Part shown: piece after piece, positions 53,467 to 64,000 of the stretch
How the letters are laid out: each line of letters begins with the position of its first letter
How positions within the stretch are numbered: the stretch's first letter is position 1
Assembly (NCBI GenBank): GCA_951406725.2
Contig: OX597814.1
Coordinates: 143,530,001-143,594,000, forward strand
Source: Octopus vulgaris
Taxonomy: Eukaryota
Reading direction: 5' to 3'
Length of the DNA: 64,000 bases
The notes under the pieces: generated by a model
Told to the model about the DNA's origin: nothing
Databases searched by the model: none
Seen by the model: only the letters and a program-made list of their open reading frames with translations
Position numbers and translations under genes: made by a program

Positions 53467-54192
53467 CGTATATATATATATATTTTTAAATTTCAGTAGC
53501 GCCGTCTTCTTTGTACCTCTACAGAGTAAACGGTGGTTGGTGTACGAAAAACAATGCTCATGACAATTTTCAGGACCTCTGTGACATTTCTCTCCCTCAC
53601 TTCCGAAATATTTTAATGTGATAGAAACGCTTTCGAATAACCATCATATCTATCACTTGAGACTATCTCAATGGATTAGGACTGGTTACCACAGAGTTGG
53701 ATATACTATAGATCTGCTTTCATCTGTCACACATAAGGAGAGATTTACTTTGAAGACATTTCTTGATTGGAAGATATGTTGTTGTCCTTAACAGACATAG
53801 CACAGTATTAAAGAACATATGGGACAAAGATGTATTCTTCTTTTATACTCCTTACGCTGGCTTCCGTCATTGGACTATAGGCATACTAAGGAAATATCTT
53901 TGGGGGTTTTAATTGGTTATATCGCTCCCAGAATTTTGTCTGGTACTTCTTTGTGTTTATAAGATACGAAATGTAAAGTGGGTATTGGTTTCAAAGAAAT
54001 AAATTAATTGGGTATTAATACAGGAGGGTATTTCGGTTGAAAAACACCTGCGTTTTTCACTTCAGATTGATATATGTGCGTGTGTATGTGTGTGTATGTA
54101 TATGTATTATGTGTGTATGCGTGTGTATGTATATGTATGTATATGTCTGTATGTGTGCGTGTGTATGTATGCATATATAGTGTGTATGTAAG

Positions 54193-54243
<51 letters not shown>

Positions 54244-54720
54244 AAGAAAGAGAAAAGATTTTCAGTTATGCATTTACTTCAGAGAAATATTGAATGATTT
54301 TACATCGTCTGCACTCTCCACAGTTAAAGACCTTTCAAATAAATAACTTTAGATTTATTCTACAGAATATGTTTCATACACGTGTGCGTGTGTGTGTATA
54401 AATAGAGAGAGAGAGAGAGAGTGAGCGACTGAAGGATATATACACACACACATACATACACACACACACACATACACATATATATATATAACCCTCGATC
54501 CAATAACACTGTTTACAAACTCTATGCTTGGAATGACCAATTTTAAATACTATTGGAACTTACTGACAAGGTACTGGAATCTTATATGTATACCATTCTG
54601 CTTAAATAATGGAACTGCAGATACAATATCCCTGCATATCTCACGTCTGTTTTTATTCCTCCACTTCACTCTCTATTTCATATCTTTAGAATAACTATTG
54701 CTTAACCATTTTCTCGCACT

Positions 54721-54768
54721 GTCTCCGATGAAGGGATAAATAAAATATCCCGTAAACAGTTGTAAGAC
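54721..54768 (+). ncRNA. Hammerhead-like motif (variant core CCGAUGA)
   Basis: GUCU CCGAUGA A GGGAUA-aauaaaa-UAUCCC GuAAAC-aguu-GUA AGAC. Preceded by a possible Penelope C-terminal remnant (KVLESY..CLNNG). The element is flanked by (TA)n. Confidence 0.6.
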
Positions 54769-54810
54769 CTCTTTATAAATGTCCTGAAATATTTTTATCT
54801 CATTCTGTTA

Positions 54811-54870
<60 letters not shown>

Positions 54871-55149
54871 TGCATATATATGTATAGGTTCGTATATGTA
54901 AGTATTCGTATGTTGTGTATATATATATATATATATGTATGTATATATATATATATATATATATAGGGAGAATGTGAGGTATACTAGCCATCTCAATATG
55001 GCTAACCACTAAGGGTGGGTGTTACTGTAGCTTGTAGCCCCAGGAGAACATCGTCTCCAGCTGGCTTTAGGCACAGAAAGTGTGGCTAGTATACCTCACA
55101 TTGTCGTGCAGTTACTGTTTACACCTTGTTCAGAGATTTATTATTGCGT

Positions 55150-55712
55150 ATATAGGGAGTGTTTACGGAAAAAAACAAAAGACGAAGACAGGTGGTGTAG
55201 AAAACAAACAGATGTATTAGTCTAACGCTCAGGAATAGAAAAAGTCTTTTACGTTTCGAGCCTACGCTCTTCTACAGAAAGGGACACAGAAAACAAGGAG
55301 AGAAAAAAAATGTGTTGTGGCTAACGATCTATCATGGCGTCTGACTCAGACAGAGTAGGGGAGATAACAAAGTGAAGATGACCCCCAACACGAAGGTGGG
55401 TGTGCGTAAAAGAGAGTATTATGTGCGTGTGAAGGAGGGCTGGTGGTCTGGACATGTGCGTGTATGTATGTGTAGATGTGAAAATGTGGGGATGGGTGTG
55501 TGTGGGGGTGTTGTGATGTGATGTGTAATGTTGTATGGTGTGATGTTGTTGGGAGGTGGGGGAGGCGAGAGTGGGGAAAGCACGGGTGGGGTCTGAGTTC
55601 GGCTGAGGGTTAGGGTAGAGTTGGGGTTTGTGGGTAAGGCAGAGGGTGGGGGCAGAGGTGGAGTATGTGGGGGATAGGATGGGGGAATGGGAAGGATAGG
55701 GAAGGTGGAGGT

Positions 55713-55716
<4 letters not shown>
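55150..55716 (-). mobile_element. Penelope-type terminal repeat family, copy 2, with hammerhead variant at 55246-55281
   Basis: Minus strand CUUU CUGUAGA A GAGC-GUAG-GCUC GAAAC GUA AAAG. Extends into a G-rich tract ending at (TA)n. Confidence 0.75.
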
Positions 55717-55755
<39 letters not shown>

Positions 55756-55778
55756 GTATATATATGCTATCTGAGTAT

Positions 55779-55837
55779 ATTCCACTGATGAAGGCAGGGC
55801 ATTTCTTATGCAGAGTCAGAAATCCGGGACCTGGAAT
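55779..55837 (+). ncRNA. Degenerate hammerhead-like motif
   Basis: AUUCCA CUGAUGA AGGC..gcau-uucuu-augc..GUCA GAAA uccgggac c UGGAAU. 6-bp stem I and canonical 5' core, but the cleavage triplet is disrupted. Confidence 0.45.
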
Positions 55838-56469
55838 TATCCAGTAATTTTATTGCTAGTTTATTTTGTCTCTTTCTCTTCTCTCCTGGTGCTGTATGAA
55901 CATTTAATGTGGTTTTAGAGTCAAGTTTTGGCTGCTATTTCTAGCGTTGTGGTATCTCTTAAATACCCTAAATTATAATATTAAAAATAATAATTATTAC
56001 CTTTGATGGTTTTTATAGCCATGCTGGCCACCTGATAAGATCGGTATTTAAATAACGATTTTATCCTTATATATATATATATGTATATATGTATATTATA
56101 TATATATAAATGTCTTAGCGTTATAAAAGACAGCGTGTGTTAACAGACGTCGCTTAACATCATGTATAGAGCACTAACCTGGTGTTTGAACGGTACAAGT
56201 TTCGATTCTCTATAGCAACCTGCTGATCACACAGCCCCGCCCCGCCTTCAAGGTTATGCTCGCGCGTGTGTAGAGGTATTTACCCATATTTCTAAGTTGT
56301 TTATATAGCTATTCATCGTCCGCAATTTCCTTTATTGTCTGTATAATATACTGACTCACTCGGCGTTTCAAAGTTTGTTTGAATATACGTATGTATGTAT
56401 GTATGTATGTATGTATGTATGTATGTATGTATGTATGTATGTATGTATGTATGTATGTATATATATTGT

Positions 56470-57019
56470 GGATCTAGCTTTTTCATTTGCACAATATGTA
56501 TATTTTAAAAGACAGTAAAAAATCTGAAAATCTGCTATAATAATGTTGTCTTCCAGTCTCATTGCTTTGAAGGTATGATGTTGTAGAGAAAAAAAATTGG
56601 AGGAAAAAGTTACAGGGGTTTAAAAATCGAAAATCTGTATATTTTCAGCCAATAGCGTGACAACAATTTTCTGCGATTAGCGGAGCGTTGTCAACTTTAA
56701 GGTTATACCCTGTGAAATTTAGAGTTTATCGTTTGACCTGTTCATTGTCGGTTTCTAAATAAATAGAAATACCTAATAAAATCAACATCTATTATCTTAC
56801 TGTTTCTTTTGTCTCTTCATTGATTGTATGGTTTTATTATTTTTTTAAAATTTGTTACATCAATATATTTGTTTGCATGTGTTTACTTTATGCGTATTTC
56901 AGTGTTATGTATATGTCATGTATTTGTGTACATTGTTAATATATAAGTGCTTGTGGATGTATGTATTCATATAAAAGTTTATATGTACATTTATGCATCT
57001 GTGTGTATGCATCTGTGTG

Positions 57020-57061
<42 letters not shown>

Positions 57062-57793
57062 GTTGAGTAACGTTTTCATGCTTGGACTTGTAAACTACAA
57101 TAAGAATAACACTGGTCAACAGAATTTGTCCCAAGGAAAAGAATACCTGTATCTTATACGTTTTTGTATAGAGAATTCAAAAGTAATGTCACATTATCTG
57201 TATCACCCATAGTTTCTCAGTTCCTGTTACGTGGGCTATACTTCAGTTATGCTGTTCAAATGTGAAGCTAACGGTTTGAGAAATGCTCCTAGTTTAAATT
57301 TTATGATCAGAATTAACCTAGTAAAATCCTAAATCCAGCTATCTGAGTCAATGAGTCCCAAAATATATGAAATAAAAAAATATGTAAAAATACTAACACA
57401 CAGAAAAAGCACAGAAAAATATAAACCCACAGAAGCACAGAAAAATATATAATATACTAACACAGAAAAATAAAAACAAAACACGCGGGTGAAAAGATTC
57501 TCGTGGTGTGAAGAATTAAGTGTGAAAAAAAATCAACACAGACAACAGTGAACCACAACACAGCGTGTGATTGTTATGGTAACAAGCTGCTAATGCCACA
57601 CTGTCTGATGATTGGCTAAAATTCCCCAAATTCCGCAACTTTAATGCCAAATAACGTCAAATTCTTTAATTTTCGAGATAAAGTAATTAGTTGATCGTAA
57701 TCAAAATTCAAAGTTGCATCGATACACCAAAATTGAAAGCAATCTGAGCAAAATTAAGTGGGGTTCATTTTGCAAATGAGGAAGTCTAGATCC
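56470..57793. mobile_element. Old non-autonomous DNA transposon-like element
   Basis: Imperfect inverted termini ggatctagctttttcatttgca / tgcaaatgaggaagtctagatcc, plus an inner inverted pair agccaat / attggct. Confidence 0.45.
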
Positions 57794-57958
57794 TATTTTG
57801 CTAAGAACATAGTAGAGTACAGTATAAAGCGAAACCACCTTCAGATTTCATCTGGTGCTATCCAGTAGTTGTATTATACGTACTTCCAGGTTGGCGTTTG
57901 GACATCTGTCGTGTGATAATTGAAAAACATTGGAGTCAAAAAGGACATTTATTTTTTA

Positions 57959-58064
57959 ATCACTACAATTGTTTCCACGCAACGTAGTTCTCCAGCCGTG
58001 CAGGTACTTGATTATGCAACCGCTTCCATGCATTATGAGATCTAGTTTTGTTTCCTCAGGTGAT
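57959..58064 (-). ncRNA. Hammerhead-like motif with 77-nt stem-II insert
   Basis: Minus strand AUCAC CUGAGGA [77 nt] GAAAC-AAUU-GUA GUGAU. Preceded by RQTERMFLKPKM*, resembling a Penelope ORF end. Confidence 0.55.
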
Positions 58065-58295
58065 ATGTAAATATTGTCTCCGTAAGTTCACATTTTCGGC
58101 TTTAAGAACATCCTCTCTGTCTGTCGTGGCCAGAATTTTTCAATTGTCGAATATAATAAAATTGCAGTGGATATTAGCCGAAGATGGTTTACATGAGTCG
58201 GCAGTTTATTTTTGATTAGTAAAACCGTAACCATGGAAATTAATGTTTTTTCTTTGTTTATTTTTTTTTGTTATTTTCATTATGGTTGTAATATT

Positions 58296-58489
58296 CTTTT
58301 CTACTCTAGGGACAAGGCCCGAAATTTTGGGGGAGGGGGAGTCGATTAGATCGACCCCAGTACGCAACTGGTACTTAATTTATCGACTCTGAAAGGATGA
58401 AAAGCAAAGTCGACCTCGGCGGAATTTGAACTCAGAACGTAAAGACAGACGAAATACTGACTTGCAAACATTTCTGCCAGCTCGCCGCC
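58296..58489 (-). mobile_element. SINE family A with tail 2
   Basis: 16-bp TSD ttatggttgtaatatt at 58280-58295 and 58490-58505. Confidence 0.9.
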
Positions 58490-60751
58490 TTATGGTTGTA
58501 ATATTGAAAATAGAATGAAATGGTCATACTGCCACACTTCGGTCAGAGATTTGCCCGATCATAGTTGCCCTGAGAGTGGATAAAACACCAAAAGCAACTG
58601 CATCAGGAATTTTTACATTCTTTCCAAAATGAATCCTTTAGTAATTTCAAAACCAAGAGTAATTTTTGCGTGCAGAAAAGTAGATAAAAACAAAAGGTTT
58701 GCTGAGAATAGATATCGCTGCTGCAAGGAATGTGAGAAACTGTAATTGAAGATTCAGAGAATTCGACTTGGTTATATGGCTGAAAAGGATATTTAAACAG
58801 AATTGGACTGATATTGGTGCTTATAGTGAAAAGTCTGATTATTGCTGTATTTTAACGCTAAACAATGAGGCAAAATATGACAGAAGATGGTAAGTGACTT
58901 GATTAATCCATTAATTTTAAAGTAGCGACAGTTGTAGAGCAGAAGGCTGCTTTTGTTATTGTTTAGGCCCAGGTCATTTTTAATCGGTCAGAGCTATGAT
59001 CAAAAGTATTCCACCTATGACCATCCTGTCATTTTTACAAAATCTGTATTAACACATGCTTTTATATAAGACACCCACCAAAAGTGCCACGCAGTGGGAT
59101 CAAACATTATACTACGAAGTAAATAATTTCCTTTCACAAGCTGGTAATATCAATTCCAAGGAGATTTTGCTGCTTTGTTCCGTTGGGTTCATTGGTAGCA
59201 TAGATGCTTAACACCATCATTAGGTAAATTCCAAGAGGTAAATTCCAGACATATCCAGAATGGTTTCTGATTTGAAACCAGAACTATTTGGAAGAGGGCT
59301 AAGTTGAAACCATTGATATCAGTAGTTTATTTTATCGACCTTGAAAAGATGAAAAACAAAGTTGGAATTCAGAATGGAAAGAACCGGAATAAATCTTGAC
59401 CGGCATATAATTTCCAATAATCTACAAATTCTGCCAGTTCCCTACCTAAATCTAAACGTCTAGAGAAAGTGATCTGGATTAACAAAGAAAAGAAAAGTAT
59501 ATACATTAATATAATAAAATTGCAGTGGATATTAGCCGAAGATGGTTTACATGAGTCGGCAGTTTATTTTTGATTAGTAAAACCGTAATATTTAAAGAAG
59601 AGAATTAGAACATCTTAGCTTCATTGGATATTTTCATACTTTAGTGTATAGCCCACTTAATACTTATAACGATTAGAGCATTAATACACTTAAGAAATAC
59701 TTATGAGTATCACAACTTTTAATTTACTACTTTCTTAAAGCATTAAGCTGCTATAAGTTCTCAAAAAAAAAAAAAAAAAATTATTTCCTTAGCTTATCTA
59801 GTTCGAAATTTCTCAGAGTCATTAGAGCGTGGAAAAATGTCTTGCAGTGTTTGTTACGGTTCTCTGCGTTCTAAATTTCACCGATGTCAAGTTGACCTTT
59901 TATCCTGTCGTCGTCGTCATCATCATCATCATTACTGTCTCGAGTCATAGGACTGATAAGGCTGGTTACCCAGTTTCCATGTCGTGTAAGTGATTAATAT
60001 CATAACAGTCCCTCTGAACGGGACGCCAGCTCAGTGGACATGAGCAACGTAAAATAAAATGTTTTGCTCATGAATTCATCGCACCACCCAATCCGGGAAT
60101 CGAAACCACAATCATGCGATAGAGAGTGCAGAACGATAGATTAGCAGAATTGTCAGACGAGATGCCACGGAATATTGCCTCTGTTTTTTCACATCCGAGT
60201 TCTTCCTTTTAGAATAAGTTCTGTCATTCCACCTACCAGCATACGGGAGGCTGGACATTTTTTTTCACCAAGGGAATTCCCTGTTTGCGTTACACATCTT
60301 GCTGTCATACCTTCTGAATCATCGATCACATCATCTTCGATTTCAATCGTCGCGCACTTAAGGGGTGAGTCCTTTGCACCGCAGTCCTTCCGAGATTGCT
60401 GATACTCAGTTTAGGCTTGCTCACTAGCTGAAGTGAGGTACTCTGATGTGGCTATCGGTGCGCAATATCGATTTCTGGGAACCATAAGTGAGAACTGTGT
60501 CGTAGTCAAGAAACCGGTATTCCTTTTTATGTATAAAGATGTGCGGCTCACAGGTTTACAAAGGTACTATCTCCTATGCACTACGCCAAACACCAGTATA
60601 TCGCTATCAGAGACCCGGGAAATATTATCATGACCGTTGCTTTCTCTTTTTTACTTAAATATATGTTAACGATTATTTCCTCCTCACTGAGGGTGCTATT
60701 TTGATATATTATATTTTTTGCTTCATTACATTTAAAATGTTAGAACCAAAG

Positions 60752-61210
60752 AAGGCGGCGAACGGCATTCCGTTCGTCTTTACATTCTGGGCTCAAAATC
60801 CACCTAGGATAACTTCGTCTTTCCTCATTTCGGGCTCGATAAAATAAGTACAAGTTGATCACTGGGGTTGATGTAATCGACTTATCCCCTCTCCCGAAAT
60901 TGCTGGCCTAGTGTATGTTTGCACCAAACTTAGCATTTGCTTTCATGTAGAACGTGTCACTGGTTATTTTCCCCTACTTGCTCTTATGTTAGTCTGGAGA
61001 GTAAGGCGGTAAGCTGTCAGAATCGTTACCGCACCGTGAAAATGCTTACGGCATTTCTTCTGGCTCCTTTACGCCCTGAGTTCATATGTCGTCGAGGTCG
61101 ACTTTCCCTTTCATCTCTTCGGGATCGATAAAAAGAAAAAGAGTCATTTGAACACTGGAGTCAATGTAATCGACAAACAGTTGCTGGCTTTGTGCCAAAA
61201 ATTTGAAAGG
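60752..61210 (+). mobile_element. Two diverged SINE family A copies
   Basis: Heads aaggcggcg at ~60752 and aaggcggta at ~61003, with recognisable cores. Confidence 0.75.
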
Positions 61211-61611
61211 ACATTAATCTAAAGAGTGGCAACGGACCGAGCTGGTGATCAAAAAGCTAACAATTATTGTCCCATGACTCAAACAACTAACTATGAAACG
61301 GTCATGACTATCAAGTTATAAACAGCTACCATAGATAAAATGTTGATATCGCAGTCCGACATTGTAATCAGTGTAAGTAGAGTTGTTGATTAATCACAGA
61401 TCGACCAAAATCCAATATACTCAAGGAGTGACCACCCAACTTCTTTATCGATATATTCTCTCTAAGACTACAATATCCAATGTGTTCTTTCGTTTTTAAA
61501 GACGATAAGATGTTATTTGAAAGATTCTTAACTGTTATTTCTTGTCTGTTGAACAATCATGTAGTAGTTCGTTCCTTAATTATTTCGTAAGAATAATGGA
61601 TTTAAGTAATG

Positions 61612-62007
61612 CTTTCTACTATAGGCACAAGGCCTGAAATTTTGAGGGTGAGGTCTAGTCGATTACACCGACCCCAGTGTTTCACTGATACTTAATTTAT
61701 CGACCCCGAAAAGATGAAATGCAAAGTCGATCTCGGTGGAATTTGAGCTCAGAACGTAGCGGCAGACGAAATACCTATTTATTTACTACCCACAAAGGGC
61801 TAAACACAGAGAGGACAAACAAAGACAGACAAACGGATTAAGTCGATTATATCGACCCCAGTGCTTAACTGGTACTTAATTTATTGACCCCGAAAGGATG
61901 AAAGGCAAAGTCGACCTCGGCGGAATTTGAACTCAGAACGTAGCGGCAGACGAAATACCGCTAAGCATTTCGCCCGGCTTGCTAACGATTCTGCCACCTG
62001 ACCGCCT
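61612..62007 (-). mobile_element. Dimeric SINE family A (head-core-tail1-core-tail2)
   Basis: An 18-bp TSD taatggatttaagtaatg at 61594-61611 and 62008-62025 brackets both cores. Confidence 0.9.
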
Positions 62008-62388
62008 TAATGGATTTAAGTAATGTTTCGGTAGGTCTTATGGCTAAGTTCATATCCTCCTACGAGAGTCGACTGGGTGTTCATGAGATTAACTTGCTTC
62101 TGCTATCTTCCTCTTGATAAGGGTTTCAAATTTTAGCACCAAGCCTGCAATTTCGGGAGAGTAGGTAAGTCGATTACATCGACCCCAGTGCTCAACTGGT
62201 ACTTATTTTTATCGACCCCATAAAGATGAAAGGTAAAATCGACCTCGGTAGAATTTGAACTCAGAACGCCAAGTCAGAAGAAACGCCGCTAAGCATTTTC
62301 TTCCTCTAGATATAGACACATACACTGCTCAAAGATGAAAATTTCAAAGGAAACCCTAATTATTCGAAATCAATAGATAACTACTACT

Positions 62389-62450
<62 letters not shown>

Positions 62451-62941
62451 AACCACGCCACCATCACTACCACTACCACCGCCCTACTAGTATGAGCCAA
62501 AATGTGAGCCTCTAAGCAGACGATCAACTCGCTAAAATAGCAGCCAAATATTTCTCAAATTACATTCCTCACTCTTAAAAAAGGGCTCATTGGCTTACAT
62601 CGTTCCATATACCTTCATGAAGACGAGATGGTCACGGCTGGAAAACTGCTGATCATAGGTTTTGCTCAGGGTTGACCAAAACACTACTACTACTACTAAG
62701 AAGCTTTTATGAGGTGGAAGACCCACCCACCGAAAAAATCCTAACGTACTATGTTAAGTAAGGGTAGAGGTGAAACACGCATTAGGGAAGGTATTCTGAG
62801 ACAAAAGACAGGTAGATTTGATGATGGATCAGGACTAACCTAGGGCTAAGCAACAACACCAGTGACAAGAAAAATAGCTACTACCACCACTACCATCACT
62901 ACTGCTACTATTATTACTACTAGTATTTCTACTACTGCTGC

Positions 62942-63341
62942 TTTGTTTGTTTGTTTGTTGAGCGAAGCGGTTTTCGTCCCAGAGCTCGCAAGATCGCGCC
63001 TCTGTAGTGGGAGAAGTCCGAAACGTGGTCCTTTGCTATTCGTAAGACCCGCAGAAAAGAAAGCAGGTCAACCCCCGACACCGAGAGCGTCGACGGATGG
63101 ATAAATGCGCATCCAGGCTCAGCGGTTGCATAGGAAGTCAGGGACAAGAAACAGGAAGAAAGAGTGAGAGAAAGTTGGAGCGAAAGAGTACAACTGGGGT
63201 CGCCACACCCCCTGCCGGAGCCTCGTGGAGCTTTAGGTGTTTTCGCTCAATAAACACACACAACGCCCGGTCTGGGAATCGAAACCGCGATCCTCCGACC
63301 GCGAGTCCGCTGCCCTAAATATTGGGCCATTGCGACTCCAC
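62942..63341 (-). mobile_element. SINE family C head with an alternative 3' half ending in (ACAA)n
   Basis: The first ~190 bp match 47131-47325. The remainder is unrelated to the 47131 tail. Confidence 0.88.
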
Positions 63342-63367
63342 TGCTACTGCTGCTGCTGCTACTACTA

Positions 63368-63442
<75 letters not shown>
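63341..63442. repeat. (CTG)n/(CTA)n trinucleotide tract (also (CTA)n at 62381-62450)
   Basis: Direct inspection. Source of the poly-S/A/C/T pseudo-ORFs. Confidence 0.95.
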
Positions 63443-63446
<4 letters not shown>

Positions 63447-64000
63447 TAATGGAGCTCGTATAGAAAATCGTGATTTTCAAATGTTTTCCCGAAGGATAAT
63501 CAGTGTAAATGAATTGGAAATCGAAACCAGGTGACAGATAGTCTGTTGGTCACGATATTATTGCAACCTTATATCTACCCACACAATACGATACATTTAC
63601 GAAGTTTCAGATTCGTTGGGTGTTGTGGTTCTTTATGTATTCCTTAGGAGCAGTATTATTGATTTCATTCCTTCTTACATCAGCAAATGTAATTCAGTAA
63701 TGTTGTTCACTTTTACATCAACAAAATCTTCCTTTACTCCTAAATAATCCGCTGCAAAAGTAATTAGAAAGAAAAATTAATCACGCTCTTTAACAGGTGA
63801 TGTGTGGTTAAAACGTTTGTCTTACAATCTTGTTATCAGAGGTTCGGCGTAACAGCGTAGCCTGCTACCGAAACTTCCTCACGATGTAGCACATTGGACA
63901 TTTTTACTCCTCTTCAGAGCGCGGCACATTGGGCATGAAGTATTTTCTACTCTTCTCTCCTTATTCACGTAAGAACGCGGCACATTTGGCATCATGTGTT

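Overview
AT-rich, microsatellite-saturated animal genomic DNA. It is most likely octopus/cephalopod intergenic or intronic sequence, inferred from the tRNA-derived SINE families and the (TA)n/(TACA)n density. I can support no intact host protein-coding gene. Nearly all supplied ORFs are microsatellite translations or transposon remnants. The window is a transposable-element graveyard: a frameshifted piggyBac transposase, mariner and maT/Tc1 fragments, several MITEs, Helitron/Helentron pieces, CR1-clade, RTE, R4/Dong-like, Tx1/L1-like and Penelope-like retroelement fragments, and about 30 copies of at least four SINE families. The most striking hidden signal is about 11 minimal type-I hammerhead-ribozyme-like motifs. 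Two have a fully canonical core, two recurrent non-canonical core variants each occur twice, and one has a 77-nt stem-II insert. They sit in short elements often embedded in (TA)n or just downstream of Penelope endonuclease remnants. A second signal is a modular SINE/LINE system: SINE 3' tails share a covarying stem-loop with the CR1-clade LINE in the window, one tRNA head carries three different tails, and a dimeric SINE builds head-to-tail arrays on its own (ATT)n tail. All structures were read by eye and need computational and experimental confirmation.
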